DNA of 64,000 bases from Oculatellaceae cyanobacterium bins.114 (GTDB taxonomy: Bacteria > Cyanobacteriota > Cyanobacteriia > Elainellales > Elainellaceae). The notes under the pieces are model-generated. The model was not told the DNA's origin. It did no database searches and was given only the letters and a program-made list of their open reading frames with translations. The stretch is taken from assembly GCA_033764315.1 (NCBI GenBank), contig JANRJA010000170.1, positions 1 to 64,000 of the forward strand, given 5' to 3'. Below, in pieces: positions 63,589-64,000 of this stretch (its first letter is position 1; each line of letters begins with the position of its first letter). Both the position numbers and the translations under genes were made by a program.

Positions 63589-64000
63589 TCAAAAGCGACC
63601 TAGCCACTTAAACAACCCTAATGCAGTGATAGTTCCCACAAAATGGGCTGTAATGCCATTCACATTGGCCATCGCCACAAAAATATCGAGCGACCGAATG
63701 AGCCGTTGTGGATCGTAAATCGCGACCCCTTGGGGTTGGGTAATCGACTTTGCTAGTAGCACCCCCAATGTCGCACCACTCCCCAAAATGGTGAACAGCA
63801 TACCCGCTACGCCTGTCATAATCACCAGTTGCAAAAATTGCATGACCGTTGCTCTTGAGGGGTGTCTTGCGGGATCAGGATGGCGGAGTTGTCTGGCAAA
63901 TCGAGTCAAGCGAAACGCCAAAAACAAGCTAAATAGCAAGGCGGCAATCCCAGCGATCGCCCAAAAAATTCCAATGCCAATGCCCGGTGACCCTCCCTCA
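63589..64000 (-). CDS. DUF3611-family membrane protein, 5' end outside the window
   Basis: GMLFTILG...G.LLAKS..QPQG...LDIFVAMANVNGITAHF. Confidence 0.7.
   Translation of the reverse strand, partial: EGGSPGIGIGIFWAIAGIAALLFSLFLAFRLTRFARQLRHPDPARHPSRATVMQFLQLVIMTGVAGMLFTILGSGATLGVLLAKSITQPQGVAIYDPQRLIRSLDIFVAMANVNGITAHFVGTITALGLFKWLGRF

Overview
Cyanobacterial chromosome segment. Evidence: dense HIP1 GCGATCGC octamers and psaFJ, psbO, petBD, ctpA and sigF genes. Bases 1-12422 are a compact ~12.4-kb element integrated into a tRNA-Phe(GAA) gene. The tRNA 3' end at 1-26 is repeated at 12397-12422, inside a ~50-bp tRNA 3' fragment. The element has a leftward integrase/AEP-type replicase operon, an Xre repressor with palindromic operators, accessory genes, a collagen-containing 723-aa protein, two internally duplicated unknown proteins, paired decoration/fibre-like proteins and a holin-like gene. 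I could not recognise a terminase, portal, HK97 capsid, tail tube, tape measure, endolysin or any P-loop packaging ATPase, so it may be an unclassified small tailless temperate virus or satellite. The rest is mostly housekeeping DNA. Its oddities are a tandemly duplicated RemA/DUF370 protein, a frameshifted Uma2 gene, a glycosyltransferase remnant, a ligase-Lhr-PdeM repair cluster split by an SDR gene, REP-like palindromes and heptamer repeats. All calls come from motif recognition by eye; no searches were run.
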